Part shown: positions 1 through 13,800 of the stretch, piece by piece | How the letters are laid out: each line of letters opens with the position of its first letter | Numbering within the stretch: the stretch's first letter is position 1 | Assembly: GCA_036172245.1 (NCBI GenBank) | Contig: JAYWIR010000002.1 | Coordinates: 2,170,001 to 2,234,000, forward strand | Direction: 5' to 3' | From: Raillietiella orientalis | Lineage: Eukaryota | DNA: 64,000 nt | Program-made: the position numbers and the translations under genes | The notes under the pieces: generated by a model | Seen by the model: only the letters and a program-made list of their open reading frames with translations | Told to the model about the DNA's origin: nothing | Databases searched by the model: none

Positions 1-3000
1 TCCCGAGTCGAAGGTGGCAGCCTCATCCTTGCAGGCGATCGCTCGACGACGCTCGCCGTAACTTGTGCTACATCTCGCAGCTTCCTCTTCTTCCCTCGTC
101 CTCCTTCCTCCCCCCTCCCTCCCCCTCCCGCCGTTCGGGCAGGTGGGGCCTCGCAAACCGATCGTGCGCGTGCGCGCGAAACGCGAAGATTGGAGCACGT
201 GACGGAAACACAGCTCGGCGTTGCGGATTGCCCACCGTTCGCAAGCAAGGGGTGAACGCACGATGCGGACACGACTTTTTTTTTTTTTTTTTCGTTTGTT
301 CCCGAAGGAATGCTCCATTCCTCCTGGTGTTCGGTATCAGCATCCATTTCCTCCCCCCCCCCTCCTTTTCCGGTTTATTCCCCTCGGCTCTCGAGCTGAC
401 TCACCCGTGCGCCTCTTCTCCGTCATTGGCTCTTGCGCAATTCCGTTTCTGATGACCCATCCCTTCCCCAACCTGCGTTCCATCGGGAGCTTTCTCCCGC
501 TTGATCCGGGCAACAGCAACCCCTCCCCATCGGTCGCAACAATGGCCCGGGGGTTCCGTTGCGCCAGGAAGAGTTGGGAGCGCGGGCGCAACCGAGTGGT
601 CGGCAGCCGACCTCCGTTCCTCAGCGCCAGACGCGTCCCGGAAAACGCACGAGGATGCATTCGTGTGGGCGATCCGGTGCGAACGATGGCACGTGCATAA
701 CTGCGTAGGTGCTGCGAGTGGGAAGCTCTGTGGGGCGCTCCAACTCCGGGCCACGATGGGGTACCAGCGTCACCGTTAGGACCCCCTTTGGAGTTAGAGC
801 AGCGCCCTTCGTGTCGCCGTTCCCTACGCGCTCGCTCGGTGCAGCCGCAGGAAGATGCGAATTTCGAAGTGACTGGCTTTTCCTCTTCCCCCTCAACCAC
901 CCCACCCAAGATCTGGTTTCACAGGCAAGCGTCATCGCGAAGCGGATTTCCAAATGATCCCGGAGCTGCCAACGAGTCTGTCGCCTGCGATCCGCGGAGC
1001 CACCCCCGGCTGCAAGCGAAATTTCTCGAGCAGATCGAAAGGGCTTGTGCGGATCCTGCTGCAGCGCCGCGAGCGCAGATGACGAAGACGGGTCAACCAG
1101 GGGGGGGGGCTTGTGAAAAGCGGACCGCGGGAGAATCGGAAGACCCGCCCCCTCCTCCCCCGTGGACACCGGTGCGGGAATCGAGCGCGGCAAAATGGGG
1201 AAACACAGTCGGGGAAATGCCGGAGGCGTTTTGGCTGTGCCGCACAAGACGGGAGGCACACACATGCATGAGAAGAAACGCACACACTTGGTAGGGAAGG
1301 GCGGAGAGGAAAAGCTGCAGTTGGCCAGTACTTCATTTTCAACAACGCTGCTACCGGACCAGGTCCGAAAAGGAACTTTTGATGCTGGCAAAGGGATGCA
1401 CGGGAAACCGCAGCAAGTAATCGTCATCGGCTTGGGTTTGACGAGTTTCGAGTCGACTGCTCTCTGTCTGCTGACGGACTTGGGCGTTCAACGAAACACC
1501 TCGGCGTCAAACGTGGGACTTGTCCATCCCAACGAAACCGGGAACCTTGGAAACCCCCCTCGATCTGAAGTATCCACCACTGTGACGATTTCGGAGCATG
1601 CCCCAACATTTCAGCTACCTGTAGATTCGGTCAACAGACTCTTCCTCAGCGTTTTCGGATGGGAAACACACACACACAAAAGAGGGGGGGGGGGGGGGAT
1701 GACAAAGGAAAAAGAAAATAAAAACGAAAGTTAATCGTTTTTATTTTCCTCGCAGACAGCTTGGCTTTCCTTGAAATGATTTCGCTGCCTACATTTACAC
1801 TACTAGGCTGAAGCAAAATAGATGGGTCGTTCAATAAAAGCACGAAACTTCATGTTGGCTTGTGGTTGAAAACAAAACACACACACACCCACACATTTTT
1901 ACCTCCTCCCCCCACTTATTGGAACACTAATAGTCGCCTGACTGTACCAAAAATGCTACACGAATGGCACTACACGTGATTCGTTATAAATTGGCACACA
2001 AATTGAGAATCATTTCTTTGGCGTAATTCTTTCGAAAATCCACGCACCCTTACGGGAAAAAAAGCAATTCGTTTCTTTCACAGAACAGTGGCCGAAATGA
2101 AAAATGCAAGGACACGTGCACGTGTCGACGCCAACTTTCATGCATCTGCTCCAGGTTGGCCGAATTTTCTGCCCAATTAGAGGAACATTTTTCGCTGCAA
2201 ATAGTAGAAAACTCAAACAGTCACATCTCGCGACTTTAAAGTGACTCAGCGCTGGAGCAGATGCACCTATGCATCGGTTCACAGCTTCCCAAAACAGGAG
2301 CACATCGCGGCGACGAATCCGTAAGAGCTCTCAAGCACATGTTGCATTAGGCATGGCAGTTCTTTTCCGGAAGTCAAGCCCGCAAGGAATATCGGGCCTT
2401 GGCTGGACCTCTTCGCTTGTGCACGGTGCAAGCCAAACTCCCTTTTCATTAATTCATGGGAAATAGGTTTAGAAATGGTGTTAGAATATAAACGCTGCCG
2501 TCGGTTTAGAGAGACCAAATAGTAAAACAGCCTGGAGGGAAAATTCTGCTGCGACGATCCAGAATCAGATTTCACTCTTGGACAATGAAGAATATCAGAT
2601 TATCATTCCTACGGTGGATCAAACCAGCTGCCAAATCGAAAGGAACGATCATAATGGAAGCTGACAAGAGCACAACGGCGACATGAAGGCGAAAGACAAC
2701 GGGATGCCAGATGAAAATGAAAATTCGACCAAGGCTTCAAAAAGATTCCATCGATCTCGTCCCCATATTTCTCGTTGTTTACGACACTCAAAACAGTCTT
2801 ACGGCCATCTTACAAACAGCTACTTGAAGAAATCTGTTGCAGCACACAGTCTATAAAGGACCATGAAAAACCATAAACGCATAAACAAACGAATACTTTT
2901 GGGGGGGGGGGGAATGAAAAAAAATTCCGGAAAGTGTCTCTTCCGCCAGCCAGTTGTCATAACCACTGAGGATCACGAACACACTGGGAGCAAGGATACC

Positions 3001-3962
3001 AACTGTAATGAGCCAACTACCCACTTTGCTCCCACAGCAGCAGATCATTCGAAGGCAAGTTCGGCTGTCTGCTAAGAAAGTGAAAACGAAAAGTTCCATA
3101 AAGCTGAGGAAGGAGCGAATTCAGCAGACTCCTACGGCCATCTATTCCATCTAAGATCCAATGGACTGTACTCAACGACACTCGCCCATGCAATTTCTTT
3201 CTGGACCTTTTTAGGCGGACGTACACAAGCAAAACGTACAGTGCCATATGTGTGGTTTATACAGAAACAAACCTCTGAAATACTGACATCATCGTTTTTT
3301 TTTAAAAAAAACAAACAAACAAACAAAAAAACAAAAACAAATTGATGCTTCAGATTGCGAGAGCTCAGTGGAATCTGCAAGTTGCTTTTTTCCCTTCTAC
3401 TTCGCAGACACAACGCAATGTGCGTAGATTTCTTCTTTATCAAATTTCAAATAGAATAGCAATCTGTCGACCTTTCCATAATTAGACACAATTTATGAGA
3501 GTCGTTTCAAATACCGTCGGTTGCGGGTAACGGAATTCAGGCAGGCATTTTCCACTGAATGGAGAGTACACTTTTCGAGGTTACCTGTGGTGTAATTTAC
3601 CCTCGCGTGAAGTTAACCCCATTTCTGGAGTCTGAATCGTGGCGCCCGCTGCAGACACCTCACGCACATGGCGTCCATTCTTCTGCGCACGGGAACGGTG
3701 AGGTCACGGGAAGGTAGCCCGGGCACCCGAGGAGGAGTCGCATCGCCAGTGGATAGCCCCAGGCCACGCTGCCGCGATTGGAATTCGTGCAGATTCACAA
3801 ATTTTGCGGGGAGTGCGCGTTTCACCATGGACGTCACGGGCAACGTGCAAACGCTCAGTGCAGCTTTGGGGTTCGCTTTGCAGTGCAGACAGCACGAGGA
3901 ACTTCATTTGCTCCTGCTGTCGTTACGTTCTAATGATTTCACCTGAGGAATAGTTTTTGTTT

Positions 3963-3995
<33 letters not shown>

Positions 3996-6072
3996 GAGAG
4001 AGAGAGAGAAGAAAAAGTTCCCTTTCAAACGAACGCTGGGTCTAGGCAGGCGACCATCACCACATACTCTGCATTCCTTTGGGTGCTCCCGGAGAGCGCA
4101 CCTTCGCGGTCCTCAGCCGACAACGGCCGAGAGAGTGCTCCTGCGTTTGGGTGGCTCCATTTACAAGAGCAGCACCGTGGCATGGAGCACGCGTGGTTTT
4201 CAGCCAATCCACACGAATCCACTCCTGTCTCAGAGTTCAGTAAAAAACATTCTCTTTTTTTTTTTTTGTTCCCTCTTGCAGTTTTCCAAACAGTCGTCGC
4301 CCAACGTGTTACAAAACGAAGGAAAAACACGGAATGGCAGTTAAGCGTGGAAGCACCGCAGTTTATGCTGATTTCAAGAAATTCCACGCATGGATCCAGG
4401 CCGAGCGTTTCCCAAATTCATCTAAGCAATCAATGCTTTTGGTGCAGTGCCTCATTGAATATTTACATGTTCCGAAACCTTTTTTTTTTTTTTTTTTTTG
4501 GCAAATCCATAAGCTCAAAGGGCATGCGACCACCGTCCCTATCCAAAAAACTGTGAAGAAAACACTCACTCAAAAATCAAATTTAATTTCGTTATGGAGT
4601 ACACAGCAGTCAATTATCGAAAAGTTATAACAGATGAATGAACTCAGCTAAAAGTGCAAACAAACCAAGATGATTCTCAGCTGTCATAAAAATCCTTTTC
4701 TTTTTTTCTTTTTTACATATTCTAAACATGGCCGTTGCAAAAATGTGCTTTCCGTTTAGAAAAAGGAAAAAAAAAAAAAAACTGTTAATCATCCAAACTT
4801 CAATATTGTCTCGTCTTTATGTTTTTGTAATCTTCGATGTCTGTGAAAGTATGTAATCGTTTCAGCAGCCTCTTAATTATCTACACTGTGAATACGCTAC
4901 ATGATGAATGATGTGCAGTGTGTAAATGCCATTTAATGTATATTGGTATATATGCAACGCATTTCCTCCAGATCCGGTTTCAGAATGCAGTCGGTGTCTG
5001 CACCTTGGTATTCGTACGAACAACGTTAATGCATTACAATACGTTAAATCCATGAACACGAAACACCATAATCAGCATCAGCCATTAAGGTGTTTGTGGC
5101 GCTGGCGTTTCCCGAGATTTTCCGGTGACTTGGTAACCCAGGAGTCAGGTAGGAGCGCGCGCGCATGCGCAAGTCGCGCGCACGCCGCCGTTGCGCGGAT
5201 ACGCAGACGGTACGTTACAGCGCACATACGTTGTTTAATGGATGCTTCCACCATGAATGCACAACGAGCTGCCCAACTCCTTTTTTTTGTGTGTGTGTGT
5301 GTGTGTGTGTATGCATATGAAAAATGGGTGACCCAAAGGTTTCCTCCCTTTATGCGAAGTCACTGAAACGAAATAGGTTCATACCGCGGACGTTACATTC
5401 CACGATAAATCGTAAACGATAAACCGAACTTGGAAGAAAAACACGAAGAGCGAATCGAAGCTCATGTCAAGTTTACGCTCGTATGAAAATACAAAAAAAA
5501 AAAAAAAAATAACGGGAATTTCTTTTTTTTTTTTGGCTTCCGTTTTTGTGTTGTATGTGATCCAAGCCTCTGCTGAATATCGGGAGCTGAGGTCTCCATT
5601 ATAAAAAGTTGAGACTGCATAACCCGTCAGCAGCTCTTTTACATTTCGAGATGTGTATTTTCGACACTCATAATATTCTCGTACCGCACCTTATCGTTAA
5701 TGTATGTGTATATCAATGATAAGGTACATGTTCATGTATAGGGTTGTGTACACATACGCACCCACTCCGATTCGCGGAAATGGCGGCAACCAGTGCACAG
5801 ATCACTGATGATGCTGGAGATTTCAATGAACTACCCAACAAGTTCCCTCGATCAAAGTTGAGCACTGAATTCCTTTTCCACCGCGTATAGTACATGCAAC
5901 AACTTTTGGTACACACAACAGTGGCGCACTACTTATTCACAGTACAAACAAGCGTATCATTTTCAGCAAATGGAAAGCAAGTGTCACACTGCATCCTGTT
6001 GAATCACTGCCCATTTCCGTGCCGGCTATTTCCATTGCAACAGCCACATCCACTCCACACTTTTTTTTTTAC

Positions 6073-7879
6073 CTTCTTAATCCTGGTCCCGGTTGCCATA
6101 GAGGACTTCCCTTTGATCACCACGTAACCACCTACAACTTCCATATCACAGGTATGCATTCCGATTTCATCTTCAGGAACCTCTTTTAGAAGAGATTTCT
6201 CTGCTAGTATACGTCCATTCAAAATCAAATTCGACTATAGGGAGGAAAAAAAAAAACAAGCAACGTAAGAATCGGCACTATTACTATGCACGCAATGACA
6301 ACGACACCATCTTTTCAGAAAGAGCGTTCAAAACAGTTACAAAAGACTGCCAGAACAAGGGGGTTCGTGCACGCGTCAATCTGAAGTGGGAAGGGGAGAG
6401 GGGGAGGAAAGGAAAAAGAGAGGGGAAAAAAAATTCCGAAACACGGGCTCTGACTTCCGATCGCAAACGGCAGGATTTCTGCAGTGTGTGTGCAGCACGG
6501 AATGAGACACAGCCACAAGAAGAAGAAGAAGAAGAAGGTGACTGTCACATGCAAAAGAAAGAAAAAGGAAAAAAAGGGAATGCTGCAAACTCCCGTGCAA
6601 AACGAACGCCACTGAGAGATTCGAACCCGCTCCATCGTTGGACCGCTGGCGTCCGCGAACAAAAAAAAAAAACACACACACACACACACACACACGGAAA
6701 GAAAAAAAAGAGGAAACTTCCGCTCTCTCTCTCTCTCGATGCCAACCAATTCGATGGGGCTACCTTTTTCCGACAGGACAAATCCAACCCGTCGTTTTCT
6801 ATGTAATCTGGAATATCTTTCGCCACGTCTTTGGAGAAATTGAACACCATGCAGTTTCCTACGGCAGGAGGGGGCGTGCGTACTTTGAGTTTCGTCACTT
6901 TGATGTGCGATTCCAGCTCGCGGGCTGCAGTCATGCCGGTCTTTAGCTTGGGAACGGAAGGACCCCCTCCTGCCTTGGGTGCCCAAGAAGCGTGTTGGCA
7001 ATTTTTTTTCACGTCGCACAGACGCACATCCGTTCGTGGGAACTCGTATTTACTCTCCTCGCGGACACTAACGGATCTGATGACACCTATTTGCGGCAAA
7101 CACGGACTGGGGCACGAAACTGCATCGGGGAACCTTTTGTAGTCACTGCTCTCGTTGGCGAGCATTGTGAACTTGCACTCCCTGTTCACCACGACACTCT
7201 GGTTCACTGCTACTGCTGCTGCACTCGGCCGAGAGAGGAAGCACACGCCCGTTTTCGGAGGCACGCTAGGCTTGTTGCAGCTACCAGCCATGCTTTGCAG
7301 CGAGCAGCACGTTTCTTCTCCGACGAGATCACCGATCGGAATGCTCGCAGATGCACGCTGCGCGGAGCCGGCATCATGTGCTCGCCTGGGGGAAAGCGGT
7401 TTCCTCGCTTTCGTTTCGTAGAGCATCTTCATCCGCCAGACCAGGGAGGAGGCGGGATCCCGGGACGGGAGGAGCTGCTTCCTCGGGGAAGCGTTGTCAG
7501 GGATCTTGCCGTCGAAGATGAAAGCAAGGAGCTTCACGGGCATCAGGTGGTCCGTGTTGATCTCCTCGCGGAGCGCGTCCGCGTCCAGGGACTCGACGCT
7601 CTTGGCTTTCCACAGAAGATCGGCATCCTCGCGCAGCAGGGCACAGCGATCGGGTGGGAGTCTTTTGCCGGCTTCGCCGAAAGACTCGCAGCTGCACGCG
7701 CGGCGCAGAGGGGCGCACCGCTCGAGACGCTGGCTCAGCACGAAAGTGTTGAATTTATCTTTCAGCCGCTGGACGAAGCCGGGACCGTACCCCAATTCTT
7801 CTTCTTCCTCCGCAAGGTTCCCGAAAAACCGCCCCCTGAAATCACCAGAACCTTCTTCTGCAGGGACCTGCGCGGACAT
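6073..7879 (-). CDS. Bifocal-like / phostensin-taperin-like actin- and PP1-associated protein, partial (coding exons 7879-6764 and 6234-6073; further 3' exons not located)
   Basis: A 372-codon open exon runs from ATG 7879 to the donor AAG|gtagcc at 6764. It splices in phase 0 to cctccctatag|TCG at 6234, a 54-codon exon ending AAG|gtaaaa at 6073. The motifs EEELGYGPGFVQRLKDKF, CMVFNFSK..IPDYIENDG and EVVGGYVVIKGKSSM resemble blocks I recall from Drosophila Bifocal and phostensin/taperin proteins. Coding status is well supported. The family call is from memory, not a search. Confidence 0.65.
6661..6737. repeat. Compound microsatellite: poly-A, (CA)n and (CT)n inside the intron of the bifocal-like gene
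   Basis: Directly visible. It explains the spurious CVCVCV and RERE tail of ORF 6545..7879. Similar tracts occur at about 5288-5310, 50676-50712 and 59389-59411. Confidence 0.9.
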
Positions 7880-10800
7880 TTCTTCGGTGCAGCTTCAATC
7901 GCAACGGGCATTACATACTGAAGGAGCTGTGCTGCCAATCCTGGTGGGAGAAGCTGGATCCACATAGGGGCGCATGACTACTGCTGCTCGCTGTGTTCCG
8001 CTTGGCTAGCCGCCCTTGGGAGTCTGTACCTTGGATCGAAGTATTCGACGGTCAGCCCACGATTACCTTAAAAACCAGACTTTATTTTCTCCCCTGAGTT
8101 ATTGCAGTTCAGCTGGAATGCAGGCAATCCCGTCTCCACAGGAACAACTCTGAAAACACACACACACACAAAAAAAAAAGGAAGCAAAGAACAAAAGCAT
8201 CCATCTTCAACGTGACAAGGGGGCACAAACCTTTGACAGCGCATTCTTCTACTGGAAAAGACAGTTTACTCCCACCTTCGAATTTTCACCGATATTCCGA
8301 ACGCAGAAGAGCACCGGTCATGCGGCTCAAACAAATCAAAACGAAGGACGCACACTCGAGAGAAAAAACACACACACACACACACAAACAATTAGCATAA
8401 AGAATAATTGCGTCCGCTGAACGCAAACTTACCACTGCAAAGCCAAAAAAAAAAAAAAAAAGCATTCTGGGGTCGCCGCAGTCATGATTCTCCATAACGT
8501 CACGATCATAACCCCTTAGCGTCGTCGCTAACCATGCCTGAGGCTCACCTACAGAGCTCTCGAGGAAAAACAAACCGGGATTTCACAATAAGGAATTTGG
8601 AAAATCGCCCAGCTCGCTCAGGATGCCGTCGGGCGAGCGGGGGCCCCATTTCGAAAAGTCACCTCTCTGGCCGCCGCCTCCATCCTGGCAGTCCACCCCG
8701 CACGAGTCGAACCTGCGGATCGGAGAAGAGCGACGCGGCTCATCCTGAGCGCCTCAGACAGGAGCCTGAAGAATGATGGAACCGGGGTGCCAACACCTCG
8801 CTGGAAGCGCGGATGAAGGCGTCCCTACCCTCCCCCGTCCTGAGTGACGGAGAGGGAAAAGTTTTCTGGAGCTCTGCGTGCAAAAGATATCGCATTACGC
8901 GTTTCGACACGAATTGCATTTTGATACCATCAAAACGCATATTTTATTTCCTTTTTTTCTTTTTTGCTAAGCGAGACAATGGGAAAGACGGCATGTTTGA
9001 CAACGGAGTTGTCAAACATGCCATCGCAATTCAAGGAATCACTGGATAAAGCACTCAGAGTGAATTCATCAGTGCTATCCAGGAGGAACCAGCGAGAGTT
9101 TCAGCTGAATACGACACAATTTCAAAATACAACACACAAGAACGAAGAAATCGAAAGACGTGGTTGCAGGTGTAGACAAGGAGGGCAAGGAAGGAAGAAG
9201 AGCGCAAAAAAAAAAAAAAAAAAAAAAAAAAACGAAAGAAGACGGCAAAGAACAACGAAACCACAGCATAAAACAAAAGTACACAGTAAAGGCCTCAATT
9301 ATTCATCTCAACCAGTCAGATTCCACCCGATTAAAACTCCTGGATCCTTTCAGGTATGCAATACTGCAGGCTTACAAAAACTGCGGCCACAAGAAACCAT
9401 CAATGAATTCACGGGCGAGGCTGCCGACCAATGAAGAAGGTTTCGCCGAATCACGCCCGTTTGGCTCGCATGCACGCTGAAGTGTACACTCGACGTGTAC
9501 CATCCAACGTGAAATACAGAATCCGTGTTGAGGACCCCGGAGGGGATACTGGACACTCGGAGTGGAGACGTCTACCGCTGCAAGTCGTCGCCGCCACGGT
9601 GAGAAACTTCCAAACTTGCAAACCTCGTGCTATGACCACAAAATTGGTTTTCCTTTCCTGTCTTTTACTGCCGACTAAGCGATCCGCATTCAAATGAGAG
9701 AGAGGCGTGAACTCGCGTCTTGCCCTCGCTCTTCTTAATCGTCTCAGTCAGATCCACGTTTGCCAACAAAATAAAACGTCCGCAAAACAACTTCCGCTGG
9801 TGTGCACAGTGTGCCTGCTACTTCCCCAACAACTCATTTGGATAATTAAGCAACCGCATCTGATACTTAAATGATGGAATCAAAATGATCGCTGCGTTCC
9901 CTATCTCGCTGGTTCTCTTGCATCCACATGATACACTCTTCGTATTTTTCAAACACTGGGGCAAAAAAAGAAAAGGCAAACGGAGTGAAGAGCATCCCAG
10001 ACAAAGATCCCAAAGCAAGATTTTTTCTCGGAACCGGCTCAAGCGCCTGTTCTTCGCTGGTTCCCATACAATGAGGAGAGATCATGTTTTCTTGATGCTT
10101 CTCATCCTCGTTTCAACTGCTTCCTCCTTACCACGGATCTTTTGCTTCGAACGGGTTCCACGATGTGTTGTCTCGCCACGTTCTTCTAGAATATCGTTAC
10201 CAACAGCCTCCCTACTTCTGGACCTGACTGGGATGAATGTCGCGCCTCAGTGAAGAGCAGCCGAGAGTTACTGCACCTCCGAAGGATCATCAACTTTCGA
10301 CTGCTCGCCTTTGATGCAAACACTTCGAACATGTTTGCCGTTCATCCTTTTCGACAAGTGGCTGGTACGTCGTCTTCCTGATTTTCCAATCTCGTGTCCA
10401 AGGCAGATCTTGTTTATTTTGAAGTGTTGAGCGTTCGGATACTCCTGACACATCCCTTACGTGTTCAAAAGAAGGACTTGCAATCTTTGCATCATGCTTG
10501 GCATTGGGTTGATCTTTTGGCGAAATTCAGTCTTGCTTAACCAAACTTAGCTGTTAATGGGGGCGAGCACATCAAGGCAGTCTTTCCTTTACAAAGCCTT
10601 GCTGCCAAATGCCCTGAAGACACGTTTGTTTGATACTTTGGTTTTACTTTCCGGTATTTGTCAATAACAACAAGAATGATAAAAATCCTCCAGCAGCCGG
10701 TGTTCTTCTCGTGGTCGAGGAGGATTTTCCATTCGAAAAGAATCTTCCCATTGATTTCGAACGTGCGGATCGTCTTCGGAATCGATCGCGGCCCCCAAGA

Positions 10801-13800
10801 AGGCAATTTGCCTCCCATCAACGCGCGAATGCCCCTTTAATGGAAACCACGCTTTGAAAACTTACGGATGAAAGGCAATTCCCGTGTCGAAGGTATTTGG
10901 AGGTGCTTTGGCTCCTCTAAAACCACTCTACTTCAAAGGTTTAGATAATCTCTCACTGCGGCCAGTACGTTATCCCCCCCCCCCCCCAAAAAAAAAAAAA
11001 CATTCCTAGTACTAGCGCGCACACACATCTCTTTACCTTCTTGGGGGGAAAAAAATGCCTAAGAACACACGTAGATATAGATTACAGCCCTAGGGATCAT
11101 AACTTCTAAATCTACATGTGTAAGCTGCAATGGTCCAGATATCCAGGTTTTGCGGGGAAGCAGTCGCTTTCGAGCGTGCGCGTCTTGCAAAAACTAAGGC
11201 GGGCATTCGCAAGAGCTGCAATAGGCGTAGGTCTGGGCACAAATAAGACCGGAGAGTACCCACGGTTTTCCAGCCAGATCGCCAGGAAATGAGTGAACAA
11301 CATGCTTACAAATGATTTCCACGGGCGGGGGAGGTTTCAGGTTTCCTTTCGGCTCTTCCATCAGGCACTCGGGCACTGCAAACGATTCACGAGACAAATT
11401 CGATTACGCGTGCCCACAACCACTCTTTATTCCGCAGAAGCACACGGAATCCCAAAAAACTGGCAGCGAGGTTGAATCAGCAGAGTGGTGGCTGCATCAC
11501 ATAAGGAGATTTCCTTTTCGAAGCTTATCAGGAGGTTTTCGAGTTTCTGCCTCCACACGTTGCATCCACGCGCGAACCGATTCAGTTGCCACCAAGAGCT
11601 AACAAGGGAAATTTCAGCACATTTCCGCTCCCTCCTCCTCCTCCTCCTCCTCCTCCTCTTCTCCCCCTCCCCCTTTACAACATCTAATCTCTTCTGCTGG
11701 ATTAGATACATGCAGATAAATTGCACATCCCCCTTTTACACTCAAATGTACATGCGTTACGAAAAGGAAGGAAAGCATTCCGCAGCAAGATGTACTTTTC
11801 CGGATGTCACCTGGGATCCATGTTTTCGAGAGATGCGATAAATACCGCACGGCATTGTTGGCTGCAGGAGTCGCATCTCGGACTCGGGCAGGTAGGGTGT
11901 GCTGCCGGCGGAGCCGCGGAAGATCTTGAACCCTGCTGCGAAGATCTCACGAAAGCCACCAGCCACTGCAGGCAGAAATTCGAATACGGTACTGCAGGTC
12001 GGATTACGCTTTTATCAACCGGTTTATCGTGGGAGGGGGCGGGGACAGGGGAGGGAATGCAAATGATTTTTCCCGACATTCTCTCCCCCCCCCCTTCCTC
12101 CTCCTCCTCCTTCCCCCTTCCCTTCGGTTTGGCAATAAAATGAATGCCAATAGCAGCAGCAGTTTTCGGGAGCGCGCGCGTTCGGAAGTTGGGCTTGATG
12201 AAGCTGCGCGCTCGTAAATTACGCGATAAGTCCGTACGCATGGTACGCGCGCAAGCAGCACACTTCGCAGCTGCACGAGCGCGGAACTCCGTCCCGATCC
12301 CGGAGCTTCCCAGATTTCCAGTCGAACGCTAAAGACGAGTTTCATCTGCTCCGCGAGGAGGAGGCAGGTGCCACGAGGCTGCCGGATCGTAAATTTTCAG
12401 CAGCGAGGCAGCAGCAGGTTTGCCTTCGACGACGATCCGGCGACAGCGCCCGTCTCCAGGCTTGCCAAATTCGCTTTCGCGGATCGAACCCGCAGCGTCC
12501 GTGCGGCTGCTCGCCTGCACCTCGCAGCGCCTGAGAGCTCTGCCGCAGGAGCTGCTCGCGCGCGTCGGACAGGGGCGGCACGGCTGCCGGCACGGTGGCC
12601 CCATCGACCACCTTTCTTCGCTTCCGGTTTCGGGAACGCATCCAACCGTGCCGTCTGCGTCCGGACGGCGTCGGGAGAACGGGCGAGGAGGATTCGCAGA
12701 TGCACGAGGAGTCTCTTTTTTTCGCTTTACGAGGGCATCCCGAAAACGGGAAGCCACGATCTTCCCGTCGCAGGCGCCTCCGAGCCTCGTCAGGGAGCCG
12801 CGCGCTCACTCGCAACAAAACGGACGGTCGGAAGGGAAGGATGGGGGGAGGGAGATTTCGGTGAGCATGCCGGGTGGGGTCTCCTCCGGAGGGTGAAACT
12901 GACCCGCATGCGAGGGTGCGCGACGCATTGGGAGAGAACAAGAAGCGTTTGGCGCGGCCGGAGCCGGCCCGTGCGCGCGCCGCCATTCTCGTGGCTCCGG
13001 GAGGTCCGAGCAGCCGGCCGCCGACGCCAAGCGCTCCCACGACGACCTCGCCTCGCGTCTCTCCGAGACGCAGCACCAGCTGGGGGAGCTGACGAGCCTC
13101 TGCAACGTCTCTCTGGGCAACGAGGGCCGCGGGCCGCCGCGACCCCAAGTGCCCTTGTCCACGATGACCTGCATGCCGGGGCGAGCTGCAGAATGTTCTC
13201 CGTAGAGACCTGGAGTGGTTCTCGGTGTTCGTGTCCAGCCCCCCCCCCCCCGAACTGACGGGGAGTCGGCGGCGTTCCGCTGTTGCTGCGCTGAGGGGTC
13301 TCCTGAAACGCTCGCTGACACGCAGTTGGACTTGCGGGAGAAAAGGGAGCGGACGGAGTCGTTGCTCTCCGGCCCTTATGGGAACTTTCGGGACCGACGC
13401 TGCGTATAACGGCAGGCAGTCAAAGGGTCGTTTCGCGAGGGACTCCCTTCCGCCCGCCGCGGCCCCAGCAGCCCTTCGCTGCATCCGCGGGATCGCGGCG
13501 GGCCGGAGAGGCGCGGATGGAGAGACGAAGGAACGGGAGCTGTGCCACATGGACGCGCCCGGAAGATGCACGAAAGGAACCACTCGGGAAGGATGCAGAG
13601 GACTCTCCCCAGAGGAGTGTGATCCCTTCCCACGACCATCCAGGACGCTTTCGCATTTTTTTCTTCTTTGTTCCCCCCTCCTCCCCCTTCCGCTGCCGGT
13701 CTGCATGCCGGCAGGTCCGACGTTTCCATTGGAGAGCGATAGGGCCACGCGTGGCCTTCCCGGCAGGACCGCCACTGGGCGTTGACCTCAGCAAACACCC

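Noticed and set aside
6545..6763. C-terminal part of the 444-aa ORF
   Set aside because: It is read-through into an intron made of microsatellites. The donor site is at 6763.
6992..7921. Plus-strand 309-aa ORF
   Set aside because: It is the antisense shadow of the bifocal-like exon.
9800..10960. Minus-strand peptide IILVVIDKY resembling an integrase core strand
   Set aside because: It is a single short motif amid stops, with no HHCC or D,D35E spacing visible.
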